Assembly: GCA_020184695.1 (NCBI GenBank)
Contig: JAANOX010000247.1
Location: 62,001-126,000, forward strand
DNA: 64,000 bases
Direction of reading: 5' to 3'
Source of the DNA: Histomonas meleagridis 2922-C6/04-290x
Taxonomy: Eukaryota > Protista > Parabasalia
Part shown: positions 52,016 to 62,765 of the stretch, piece after piece
How positions within the stretch are numbered: the first letter of the stretch is position 1
Layout: every line of letters starts with the position of its first letter
Program-made: the position numbers and the translations under genes
Notes under the pieces: model-generated
Seen by the model: only the letters and a program-made list of their open reading frames with translations
Databases searched by the model: none
What the model was told of the DNA's origin: nothing

Positions 52016-52678
52016 TTATTCCGGATATTTTTCTCCTCTTTTTTCAAGAGCTGTTTTCATGTATTCACGCAATGCATATATTGTTGGAAGATTAATTTTT
52101 GTTACGTCAAGTGATATTTCAGTTGTGCCAGGATCTATCTCTGGTTGCATTTCATCAATTATTTTGAGCATTTCAGTTTGATCATCAAGAGTCATCATCT
52201 CTGATGCAGCAATGAATAGCTGAATTTCTTTGTCTGTTAACACTGGCATGTTCTGTCTCATTGTATGAGCTGCTCCAAGTGAAGATGCATATTGTTTAAC
52301 TTTGGCTGGTGGTTGTCCCATTAAATCATAAACACGTGAACGGAGACGATATACTTCGCTGCGCCATGTAGGAAGTGATAAAACGTCAATTTCCCTTCGG
52401 AATTTTGAGAATAAGTGTCTGCATTCACTTGCAATTGTTACAGTATATTGCTGTTGTTCATAATATTCAGCATTTTCCCACACTGCCTCGATGTCGTCTG
52501 TCCATTCACGAACTGTTTTGTATTGATTTTTTTTAAGTTTTGATATAACATCTGGTAAAATAGGGAGATTTATATATGGATCATCAAGCTGCAACCTCTC
52601 CTTAAATATTTGTGTCATTGGGTGCTTCATTAATCTATTCATAATATCCAACGCAATTTTTCTTGCTTTTTCATCCAT
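52016..52678 (-). CDS. Atypical bromodomain plus ET-like domain protein (BET/GTE-like)
   Basis: IMNRLMKHP...KLKKNQYKTVREWTDDIEAVWENAEYY; ET-like LTDKEIQLF...EISLDVTKINLPTIYALREYM. Confidence 0.8.
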   Translation of the reverse strand: MDEKARKIALDIMNRLMKHPMTQIFKERLQLDDPYINLPILPDVISKLKKNQYKTVREWTDDIEAVWENAEYYEQQQYTVTIASECRHLFSKFRREIDVLSLPTWRSEVYRLRSRVYDLMGQPPAKVKQYASSLGAAHTMRQNMPVLTDKEIQLFIAASEMMTLDDQTEMLKIIDEMQPEIDPGTTEISLDVTKINLPTIYALREYMKTALEKRGEKYPE

Positions 52679-52981
52679 TGATAAAATTAAACGGTTTCTT
52701 CATGTTTGCGAGAAAATTTCATTTCTATCTCAACTTGGAGAATTCTCCAATTAAACTAATCTGGCATATTAAACATTCATGACTTCACAAGGCATTTGTT
52801 AATCAGGCAAATTTGAACCTTTAAAATTGATATCAATTTATTTTAGAGATAAAAAATAACTAAATAAATACAGCGAATGCGACACGCTTGTATACTGTAA
52901 TCAAAACTATGTAATGTGTTTGAGAAAAATATATATAAAATTAAATTTCAAGAAATAAAATTTCATTTATTTAATGTAAAT

Positions 52982-53182
52982 TTAGCGAAGACGACGAGCT
53001 TCACGTTCGGTTTCAAGGAGAGAAAGAATATCGCCTTTCCTAACTGGTCCTTTGACATTACGAATAAGTGAACGTTGGGTATCATCAAGGAACTCAACTT
53101 TAACTTGTGTAACACCACCACGGCTACCTGTACGGCCAATAATTTCCTTGACAACAGCTAATTTGACTTGGACTTCTTCCAT
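52982..53182 (-). CDS. RPS28: 40S ribosomal protein S28 (eS28), 66 aa
   Basis: [59 protein letters not shown]; true ATG at 53182. Confidence 0.98.
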   Translation of the reverse strand: MEEVQVKLAVVKEIIGRTGSRGGVTQVKVEFLDDTQRSLIRNVKGPVRKGDILSLLETEREARRLR

Positions 53183-53189
53183 TTGGAGA

Positions 53190-53194
53190 AAAGG
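53190..53194 (-). promoter_or_regulatory. CCTTT (M5-like) transcription-start motif of RPS28
   Basis: Minus strand reads ggtcttCCTTTtctccaaATG. CCTTT is known as an Inr substitute at T. vaginalis ribosomal protein genes. Confidence 0.6.
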
Positions 53195-54451
53195 AAGACC
53201 AAGCACAACCGTAATCCATTGAATTTTTCTGTCGGCAAAACTCACTCAAAATATTTTTCACCAATATACAATAATGTATTTTTTTCATGTTCTATTTCGA
53301 GATTAAAGATTACGTTAAGAATGTTGTTAATTATATGAATACATTAGGTGTGAGAAAATATTGATTTGAAATTTAAAAAATTGAAAATTGTTGTTGAAAC
53401 ATCCACAGCTTATTTACATATTATTATACGAAATATTCTTGAAGGAAAAATTCGATTTAAACTTCAAATCTCTCGTAGTAGCATTCGAAAACAAATTGAA
53501 GAAAATCATAAATCGCCGATTCTACTTGTTATTTTCAAAAATAATGATTTTTGAAATTTCATTCGCAATTTCTATAAACATGAATTTTTTCATAAAAAAT
53601 TGGTAGTTTAGAAAACTTTTAAACAAAATATGTTTATATTTTAACTTTTGAAAATATTTACAACATCTCAAGATAACAGCAAAAGAAAATGATTTTTGAC
53701 CATGTTCTATTGACTGTCATTTTCATTTCTACTTTCACGTTTCAATCTATTTTAATGGTAGTATATAATCAAAACAAAAAATAAAAGCAATTTTGATGTT
53801 TACCAAGTAAAAACTTTTTAGATCATGTGGAAACAACCTAATTCTTGTAAATGAAGATTCGATATTAGGATTCTTTATATATTCATTTCAAAAAATCATT
53901 GAAATCAGTTTCATACAATAATAACAATACCAACAGTCACACCAACTCCAATATAAATTTGTGTTTTGTCGTGATTTTTTGATATGCTGTTTTCAGGATG
54001 ATAAAAATAAGATGCATAATATTCTGAATATATATTATACGATATATAATCATAAAATAGAATTGATGTTTGGATATGTGTATATATTGATTTAATTTTT
54101 GTAAGAATAAATGAATTTAAATAAGAACTATAAATAATTAATGATTATGTAAATAAACCCAATAATAAAATATCCGCAAAAAATAAAAATATTGATATTA
54201 AAAACAAATCTTATTGTTTAGTTTTAAATAATAAAATATCATTATTTTGTATTTCTTTAAATTTTTTCTTTCTACCATATTATTTCTCAAAAATTTCATT
54301 AAATTATATAATTAACACAACATGCAGTTAAAAATCGACAATTTTTAATAGATAAAATATTATTCTTAATTTTTACGAGATTGTAGCTCGATACCAAATT
54401 CACTATATAGTTTTGTAGTACTAAAATCATATCCACTTCTTATATTGAAAG

Positions 54452-55759
54452 TTATGTATCTATATAATAATCATCAAATGTTCCCAATGTACTTGTTTCT
54501 GACTTTTTATCTCTAAGTTTTTTATTTAAATTATATAAAGCAATAGAAAATATAAATTGAAATATTGATAAAAATCCGAAGAAAATTGGAATTGCAAATT
54601 CATGAAATGAGTTTACATAAATTTTATACAAGAAAGCAAAAATGAACCCAATCAAAGTACCAATTTGTGCAATTCCAAATATAGTTCCATATGAATTACA
54701 CCCAAAAAAATCAAAAATTATTGCAGGAAGCTGACTTGCTCCTACACCATATGAAACACTTACTAAAATCATTTCTGTATATACCACATTTTCCCCCATC
54801 CCAGAACGGAAAAAAGTTGTCCCGAGTGATGGAAATATACCTAATATGCACCATATAATACAAAATACTTTTATTCTATTGAAACCATAAGCTTTTAGGA
54901 TGTCGATAAAAATTGAGAATATTAGCGAAGATATAAAAGAAGTTATAAAAAAATGTAAACTCCATCGAAAAATTTTTATAATTGCACCATATCCCAAAAA
55001 CATGATCACAACTATATCAAGGTATATATAAGAAATAAATGCTTGAGATGAACAAATAAACATTCCGAATGTAAAGATATAAAAACTTCCTTTTTTTAAT
55101 AAGGAAAAAATGGATTTATATTCATATTGAGAAGATTCTGTTTGATGAGATTCATCTAAATTTTTATAGGCAAGCCATGATAAAAACGGTAATATCAAGG
55201 TTACCAAGCAAACTGTTGACCCAATAACTTTAAGACTAAAATTACAACACCCATATTGTAAATAAACACAACTATCATATTTCGAAGCAGCATAATAAAT
55301 ATTATAAAAAATAATATATGAAAGTGGAAGTGAACCAGAAATAAAAGATATACTAGTTCTTTGGATTTGCATAGGAGATTTTGAAAGAATTATTTTATTA
55401 CACGCAGTTAGAATAGCTGAACAACCAAAAGCCATTGTAAGTGATGATATAATCAACATTATTATGGACGTTCTTATGAAATAAATAAATATGCTTGGAA
55501 TAATTATTAAAAAAATTGAAATAAAAATTGTTGTTGTTGAACCAAATTTATCAATGAATATACCTTGAGGTAATACAAAAAATAATAAAGAAAATATTCC
55601 AAAATATGTTAAGAAAGCAGTTCTTGAAGAAGAATAAAGATATATATAGTCATAAATAAAATTGGAGTGTGCAGCTATACCCCATGATACAATTGAAATT
55701 AATGTTAGAGATATTATTACAAATATCCATTTAGATATTAATGTTATGGTAAACATCAT
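54452..55759 (-). CDS. Major facilitator superfamily transporter (nodulin/MCH1-like)
   Basis: About 12 hydrophobic segments; GIFIDKFGS motif A; LPAIIFDFFGCNSYGTIFG. The likely ATG is 55759. Confidence 0.85.
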   Translation of the reverse strand: MMFTITLISKWIFVIISLTLISIVSWGIAAHSNFIYDYIYLYSSSRTAFLTYFGIFSLLFFVLPQGIFIDKFGSTTTIFISIFLIIIPSIFIYFIRTSIIMLIISSLTMAFGCSAILTACNKIILSKSPMQIQRTSISFISGSLPLSYIIFYNIYYAASKYDSCVYLQYGCCNFSLKVIGSTVCLVTLILPFLSWLAYKNLDESHQTESSQYEYKSIFSLLKKGSFYIFTFGMFICSSQAFISYIYLDIVVIMFLGYGAIIKIFRWSLHFFITSFISSLIFSIFIDILKAYGFNRIKVFCIIWCILGIFPSLGTTFFRSGMGENVVYTEMILVSVSYGVGASQLPAIIFDFFGCNSYGTIFGIAQIGTLIGFIFAFLYKIYVNSFHEFAIPIFFGFLSIFQFIFSIALYNLNKKLRDKKSETSTLGTFDDYYIDT

Positions 55760-56260
55760 TAAATATGATGATAAGATTTTTTTAATTGAATATATCGTAC
55801 ACATTTACAATGCAATACAGAAAATCATCATTTGTTTTTATATTTAATTTTGTGATTTTTTTTTTCGTTTTTCTATTGAAACAATATTTATTTAATCAAT
55901 AAAAAAGTTTTTATAATCAAGAATAGTTATTATTTTTCCTTAGAAAAAAAACATGAAACTTTATCAAAAACTTTAACTAATATTTTTATTATACATCATT
56001 AAAACATAAGAAATCTAAAAAATATTTTAAAGATGGTTTCCTCCTAAAAATTAAATGTTTTTGAAAAGTTTGCCTTATCATTTCAAACATTTAAATGAAG
56101 ATGTTTTATCCAAGAAGCTTCCATTCATTTTCATTTCCTTTTTTTTTAATGTTAACCGTCATGCCATCCAATTTTGAATGCAATTTTCAGAGGCACACGG
56201 TCATGAAATATATTTAAATATCTTGAAAAAAGTGCCGATATTTAACAGAAGTCAGAAGCA

Positions 56261-58288
56261 ATGAGTCTTTCAATCGATGAAGCGATTGAAAAGATGAGAA
56301 AAATATATAATGAATTAAAAATTCATTCCATTTTAAATTCATCTAGTATTCTTCCAAACGTAGAAAAACAAATCCATGAATGTCAAGTTCAAATTCTATA
56401 CCTTTCGAGAATAGCCACTGTTCTTCCATTCGCATGTTCCAGGAAAGCACAGAGGTTTTGCACATTTCGAAGAAATGAAATATTACAGGCTATAGGTCAA
56501 CCTTTAGACGAAATATTTTTTCATTTCAATACAACTGATTCCCAAGCAATTTCCAGTCATATATCTTATGTATTTAATCATCCCGAAGGTTTTGCAAACA
56601 AGCTAAAGGAATATTTGCAAACCAAGAAGCATAACATATATGCTTTTTCGTCAGTAACATTTCCATCCTTCTTTTGTAACTTTTCATCCTTTGAGTTTTG
56701 TTGCAATGCAGGGTCTATGCTTCTAGAATTTATGCGAATTTGCAATAATAGTTCATATATATATCAATTAGTAGAACCATTTCTTCTTTCCCAATATTCT
56801 TATTTCGATGCCTTTTGGTATGATTTTAGCAAGCGTGTCACTGATTTAATCACCTTAACACAAATTCAAGTATTTAAATTTCTAGCCGAAACTGTTCAGA
56901 GCACATTAGGACTCATTGGCCTTCCATTCCGAAGTGTTATTCTTTCCATATCACAACTTAAACCCATATCCACATCTACCACATTTTTATTTCGAGTATT
57001 AATCTATAAGCCATCTAAATTATTTCTACGTCATTCACCATTTTTCACCAATTTCCGACCCAAAGATACTGTCATTAACATTATAAAACGGTTTAGTCGT
57101 GAGCCATTAACTGAGACTATTCATATTATTAATTCTTTTAATGGCGCACGTGAAACTCCTATTGATACCATACCAAATCTAATTGATGATGCACATATGG
57201 TACATTTGCCATTACTTGTTTCCGATTATGATGCCATTGAATATTCCAAAATTGTTTTCTCTCCGAATTCATTAAAAAAGATGTTTGTAGATTATACGAA
57301 AGATGATAACGAACGTAAGAAAACGATTTTCTCACCGTTTCAAATCGAATTCTTTGCTAATCGATCATATTTAGCTAAATCACCGGATAATAACACAATA
57401 CCCAAAATCTCTGTAGACTTTGTGTTAAGTCTCTTTAAAGAAGATCAAATCAAAGCACTTGAATCTGAATGGCAAGCATCATCATATCATTTCCCATATT
57501 CCAATTACAAATCCAAAGAATCCGAACTTTATTCATTATATAAATCATGTGTTGAAATGAACCAAAAAATTGACGACTTAAATCAAGCTATAGGTTTAAC
57601 ATGTCAATTAAAGTTAATGAAGAGTTATAAGTCATCACTTGAGCGACATAACTTTTTAATAATTTCATACTTCTTAAAGAAGTTCGAGACAAGTCAAAAC
57701 AACATCATTAAAGGTGCTAAATATGTACGAGATGAACTTCGAAATTTATTAACGATTAAAGGTAATAATTCATATCTAATGATTCCTTATATGATACATG
57801 TCTTAAACCAATTTAATTGTAACTTATCCATTTGGATAAAGCCCGAAATTACAGATCGTTACTATGAATTAATCGAAAATAAAATGTCGACAAAATACGT
57901 CGAATCTTTATCGTTCGTGATGAACGCAAATTACGTTCCATTGTTGTCGAATTTGGTGTTCGACGCTGACTTAAGACTTGGAGATAGAATGACATTACTT
58001 TTGGAGTACTTGAGAATGAGTAAGCTGTTCTTGGAAAACGTGAATTGGGAAAAAACAGCTTCGAATCGTTTCGAGTTCCATAGCTTCTTGTTGGTGGCGT
58101 CGCAAAATGGTCTGTTGCTGGAAACAATTTTGATGTTGGAAAATTTGGTATTCCAAAATTTGTTGTTCACAAAGAACTTCGATTGTCAAATTAGAGAAAT
58201 GTGGTGCGTGTTGGTGCAGTCTTTATGGCATACAATTGAGGATGACGCTGAGTTGATGAAAATGTGCGGATCAATTCGAGTGAGATGA
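56261..58288 (+). CDS. Conserved hypothetical protein
   Basis: 675-aa ORF with no recognised domain. Confidence 0.8.
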   Translation: MSLSIDEAIEKMRKIYNELKIHSILNSSSILPNVEKQIHECQVQILYLSRIATVLPFACSRKAQRFCTFRRNEILQAIGQPLDEIFFHFNTTDSQAISSHISYVFNHPEGFANKLKEYLQTKKHNIYAFSSVTFPSFFCNFSSFEFCCNAGSMLLEFMRICNNSSYIYQLVEPFLLSQYSYFDAFWYDFSKRVTDLITLTQIQVFKFLAETVQSTLGLIGLPFRSVILSISQLKPISTSTTFLFRVLIYKPSKLFLRHSPFFTNFRPKDTVINIIKRFSREPLTETIHIINSFNGARETPIDTIPNLIDDAHMVHLPLLVSDYDAIEYSKIVFSPNSLKKMFVDYTKDDNERKKTIFSPFQIEFFANRSYLAKSPDNNTIPKISVDFVLSLFKEDQIKALESEWQASSYHFPYSNYKSKESELYSLYKSCVEMNQKIDDLNQAIGLTCQLKLMKSYKSSLERHNFLIISYFLKKFETSQNNIIKGAKYVRDELRNLLTIKGNNSYLMIPYMIHVLNQFNCNLSIWIKPEITDRYYELIENKMSTKYVESLSFVMNANYVPLLSNLVFDADLRLGDRMTLLLEYLRMSKLFLENVNWEKTASNRFEFHSFLLVASQNGLLLETILMLENLVFQNLLFTKNFDCQIREMWCVLVQSLWHTIEDDAELMKMCGSIRVR

Positions 58289-58825
58289 GAAAAAATTCTC
58301 AAACATTTGTTTGATAAAATTCATTTATTATGTTCGAAATTTAGTTTTACGTTTTGCGTGAAACTTTCGATAATTCTGTGATTTGTACGTTAGTCATCAT
58401 TCAAAATTCTTATCGTAAATGTTAAAAAATTCGTTTTTTCGAGTAATTTGTTATTACTTTAGAATAAAGTATGAGCAATAAATTAATGGTTGTTAACGCA
58501 TTAATTTAATAATATAAGTATAAAATATTCTTTTGAAATCTTTAAATATATTTTCTTTTTTTTTTGAAGAAGATTAAAATTGTTCAAGAAATTTCTTTAC
58601 TAAAAAAAAATAAAAATTGTATGTTTCCTTGTACATTGAATTTAAAAGGATCTCAATAATCTAAATACTAATCATCGATGTTTGATAAAAAACTATTGAT
58701 CTTTAATGGATTTTTGTAAAAACCTAAATCTTAATGTTTTTATTCTGAATAAGTGTTTTTAGTTTCATAAACTTCACGCTGTTAATTGAAGTTTTTCTTC
58801 CTTCATTTTGTGAACGTTTAAATTA

Positions 58826-60004
58826 ATGGAGCTTCTCGTTGGAGCAAAGTATCGCTTAAAAAAGAGAATTGGTTTTGGAAGTTTTGGCGAGATATATTCT
58901 GGTGAAAACATTACAACACACGAAGAAGTTGCCATTAAACTCGAATCTAAAAATACTAAACCACAACAATTAGGAATTGAAGCCAAGATATATACAATTC
59001 TTGCAGGTGGTGTAGGCATTCCATCCATAAAGTGGTATGGAACCGAAGGTGACTACAATGTATTAGTTATGGAGTTACTTGGTACATCACTTGAAGATTT
59101 ATTTATACAATGTCGAAGAAAGTTTTCACTTAAAACAGTTCTTATGATTGCTGACCAAATGCTAGCTCGTATTCAATACTTTCATCAAAAGGGTCTTATT
59201 CATCGTGACATCAAACCAGATAATTTTATGATTGGTCTTAATAACAAATCAAACGAAATTTTTATTATCGATTATGGCCTTTCAAAAAAGTTTAGAGACC
59301 CAAGAACACACCAACATATTCCATATAAAGAAGGTAAATCATTAACAGGAACGGCCAGATACTCATCCATCAACACACATATGGGAATTGAACAAAGTAG
59401 ACGCGATGATCTTGAGTCCGTTGCATATGTATTGATTTATCTTTTAAAAGGTATTCTTCCGTGGCAAGGAATTCGGCCCGAAGACAAAAAGCAGCGATTT
59501 GAAATGATAATGGAAAAGAAGTTATCAGTTCCAATCGATGTATTATGTTCTGATCTTCCATCGGAATTTGTAGTCTTTCTATCTGAGGTTAAGAAACTTG
59601 ATTTTCAAGAAGAGCCTAATTATAATTCATATCGACAAATGTTTCGTTTGTTATTTATTAGAGAAGGATTTACTTATGATTACCAATATGATTGGGAAAT
59701 TAGAAGAAGAGTTTTAGCAAATGTTCCAAGTAATTTCGGAAGTAATAATATAAAAAAAGATGTTGATAACAAAATTGATCAAGGTTCGAATAATCAAATA
59801 CAAGCATTGCCACCAATAAAAAAATCTCCAAAGAAAAAGAAAAAAATTCAACAAGGATTAGGAATACAAGCTCACGTACCAATCGTAAATGGACCAAAAA
59901 AATTATCTAGAATAAATCCTCAAATGAGAACATTTGATAGATTATATACAAAAAGATATGAAAGGTTATCAGGGAACATAACAAGATGGAAGTCTTCAAA
60001 ATAA
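58826..60004 (+). CDS. CK1: Casein kinase 1
   Basis: [76 protein letters not shown]. Confidence 0.98.
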   Translation: MELLVGAKYRLKKRIGFGSFGEIYSGENITTHEEVAIKLESKNTKPQQLGIEAKIYTILAGGVGIPSIKWYGTEGDYNVLVMELLGTSLEDLFIQCRRKFSLKTVLMIADQMLARIQYFHQKGLIHRDIKPDNFMIGLNNKSNEIFIIDYGLSKKFRDPRTHQHIPYKEGKSLTGTARYSSINTHMGIEQSRRDDLESVAYVLIYLLKGILPWQGIRPEDKKQRFEMIMEKKLSVPIDVLCSDLPSEFVVFLSEVKKLDFQEEPNYNSYRQMFRLLFIREGFTYDYQYDWEIRRRVLANVPSNFGSNNIKKDVDNKIDQGSNNQIQALPPIKKSPKKKKKIQQGLGIQAHVPIVNGPKKLSRINPQMRTFDRLYTKRYERLSGNITRWKSSK

Positions 60005-60092
60005 GAAATTCATTTAATTGTAAAGTTTTCAATATTATAAACGGTCATGAAAAGTGAAACAGTCAATAATTTAACATAACAGTCAAATTGCA

Positions 60093-61157
60093 ATGGGCGG
60101 GTTCCTGAGTTCCAACAACGAAACTTCAGATCAAAAAGAATCAAGCGTACAAACAAGTGCGCCTTTGCCTACATCTAGTACACCAATAGCTCTTTTATAT
60201 TCTTATATTGGAACGGGTTTTCATGGATTACAATATTGCGAAGATCATCTTGCAATTGAAAATTTCCTTTTTGACGCATTAATTCGTGCACACCTTTTGC
60301 CAGCTGATGCAGCTACCAATAGAGGTTCCTCTCATTGGAATGAAGCATCTAGAACCGATTCTGGTGTTCATGCCGCTGCTCAAGTTGTGTCTTTTAATGT
60401 TTTCAATCCAAAAGGAAATAAGATTAAAAACCTTCCTAACTTGATTAATTCAAATATGGCCCAAAATTCGCCAATACATGTATGGGCAGTAATATCATGT
60501 AATAGAACATTTAATGCACAAAAGTTTGCCGATGCTCGAAATTACCTTTACTTAATGCCATTCAGCGCTCTTCATGAACAAACTGATGAACATTTAGAAA
60601 TGCTCAGAAAAGATTGCTTACCTCTTTTCGAAGGAACTAAGAACTTCCACAATTATACAAAGCGAGTTACACCACAGTCAAGGACTGCTCTCAGAACCAT
60701 ATTAGAATTTTCAGTTTCAGATCCATTTCCAATCAATGGGGAAATGTTTATACTTTGGAAAATATATGGGAAGAGTTTTATGATGAACCAAATTCGCAAG
60801 ATGCTTGCAACAGTTTTATCATATTCACATCAATTAATCACACTTGATCAACTTAAGATTACATTTACAGAAGAAAGATGGGCACTCCCAAAAATACCTG
60901 GTGATGGCTTGCTTCTTGATAAGGTTGAATACACGGCAATCAGGGACAAGCTCGGGAGCATGAGGGACCACGAGATGAAGGATCCGGAATTCAATACGTA
61001 TCGTCCGGTAATTGAAAAGTGGAAAACGACCGTTTTGTATCCGCACATCGCAGAACAAATGACATCAAACGAAATATTCGACAAATGGGTCAAATATGTT
61101 CTTTTCCAATTCCCACCTTTGCCTCAATCTGATCCAAGGGCTCAGCATCATAGATAA
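60093..61157 (+). CDS. tRNA pseudouridine synthase, TruA/Pus1 family
   Basis: LLYSYIGTGFHGLQ, catalytic SRTDSGVHAAAQV, FEGTKNFHNYT, GKSFMMNQIRKM. Confidence 0.95.
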   Translation: MGGFLSSNNETSDQKESSVQTSAPLPTSSTPIALLYSYIGTGFHGLQYCEDHLAIENFLFDALIRAHLLPADAATNRGSSHWNEASRTDSGVHAAAQVVSFNVFNPKGNKIKNLPNLINSNMAQNSPIHVWAVISCNRTFNAQKFADARNYLYLMPFSALHEQTDEHLEMLRKDCLPLFEGTKNFHNYTKRVTPQSRTALRTILEFSVSDPFPINGEMFILWKIYGKSFMMNQIRKMLATVLSYSHQLITLDQLKITFTEERWALPKIPGDGLLLDKVEYTAIRDKLGSMRDHEMKDPEFNTYRPVIEKWKTTVLYPHIAEQMTSNEIFDKWVKYVLFQFPPLPQSDPRAQHHR

Positions 61158-61920
61158 ATTAAAATATTTTGTTTATATCAATTTTACAATTTAAAGAAAA
61201 AATTATCATAAATTGTGCAAACACTTAATTTATTGTTTAAAGATTCATAATATTTCTCTTAATTGAAATGACATTATTTCAGTAATTAATAAATTACACA
61301 AGCTTGTGTTACACAAATTCGTATCGTTAGATTCGGTTAGTTAGTTATCCGAATGGTAAAAAGTAAAACATTTATTATTCCAAATTCAGTCACTTTAATT
61401 ATGGATAATTCATTTGCTTGTCTTAATAATTTAATTACAATTTTAATTGGAGGAAATGTTAATTATTCTTCCACCAACACTAATATTCACACAAAGTAAT
61501 ACATATACCAAAATAAAAAGCTAAAACAAAAAGAACAAAATATAGATGCTTATGAAGAAAATATAATTAGTACTATCACTAGCATTAGTGAAATAGATAA
61601 TACTTTTTCAGTAGGAATCAATAAATCAAATATTTAAGAAAGTCCATTTGCAGAAGGTTTCAAATATGGAAAATTCATAAATCACATATATAATAAATAT
61701 TTTCGTCAATCCAATAATTTTTTCATTTATAAATTTATAAGAATTAAAAATGACGTACAATGTATAAGATTTAAACAAAAACATGATTAAAACACTCCCA
61801 TTCATAAAACCAAAGCACTTTAGCAAAATTACATTTGAAATAACTTTTTGTGAGTACGATAGAAACTATCGGAGAGTTTTCGACGGTTATAAATGATGCT
61901 GAAAAGTGGCAGTCCACACT

Positions 61921-62649
61921 ATGCTCAGTCCTGTTACACCATCACTTCCAAACACATCATATATAGATAAGTTTCTTTCTGCTGTCAAGTCACATCTTAG
62001 TTCCGTCAAAAAAGCGAAAAATGATATAAAGAAAATGTTTTCATCAGTTCTTCTAGTTTATTCAAAAGATGCTCCTGAATTTCTCCAACCCCTTTATCAA
62101 AAACTTAAAGAGTTCGGTAATACTATTGTTCAAGCATTTCAAGAATTTGATTCAAGTGTCTCACCACTAATTCAAGCTACAAATGAAATTATCCAACAAA
62201 GAGAAGAGCTAGAAAAAGCACTAAGCGCATACAGAAAGGAAATTATAAATGTAAGAGCAGAGGAAACACCAGAAAACATTAAAAAAGAAGGAGATGCACT
62301 CCAGAATTTCATACAAAAATTGGTTAAATTTAACACTGATTCCAATGCTCTTGTGCCCTGTTTTAAGAGCTTCTATATTGCAGCCTGTGCACAACTCGAA
62401 AGCAATTTATCGAGATTAAAATTCTTTTTCCAGAACGAAGCAGAGAAACGCTATGAGAGTTCTGCTGAAGAAAAAGAAATCGGGAAACTAATTGAAGAGT
62501 TAAATGACGAAATAACGAGCAAAGTTACCGAAAATCAGCAAAATGAGCCTGCTGAAAATGATAAAAAAAATGAAAGTATTGAAAAGACCGAAAATATTGA
62601 AGAAGAGGATCATAAAGAAGATGAAAAAAATGTGGAACAAAAAGAGTAG
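61921..62649 (+). CDS. Hypothetical helical (possibly BAR-like) protein with acidic tail
   Basis: First ATG at 61921 (the ORF track starts at GTG 61906); long amphipathic helices. The BAR call is only a guess. Confidence 0.7.
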   Translation: MLSPVTPSLPNTSYIDKFLSAVKSHLSSVKKAKNDIKKMFSSVLLVYSKDAPEFLQPLYQKLKEFGNTIVQAFQEFDSSVSPLIQATNEIIQQREELEKALSAYRKEIINVRAEETPENIKKEGDALQNFIQKLVKFNTDSNALVPCFKSFYIAACAQLESNLSRLKFFFQNEAEKRYESSAEEKEIGKLIEELNDEITSKVTENQQNEPAENDKKNESIEKTENIEEEDHKEDEKNVEQKE

Positions 62650-62765
62650 AACAACTTAATGATAAAATTTATATGGAATAATTCCGTTTTTTTGTGACAT
62701 TTTTTCCATTGAATTTTGCGCGGCTTTTTAACGTGCGATTGTAAACGGTTTTTCTGTTAGTTTCC

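Noticed and set aside
53900-53970. Minus-strand TM-like fragment QIYIGVGVTVGIVIIV
   Set aside because: Too short and isolated to call a gene or pseudogene.
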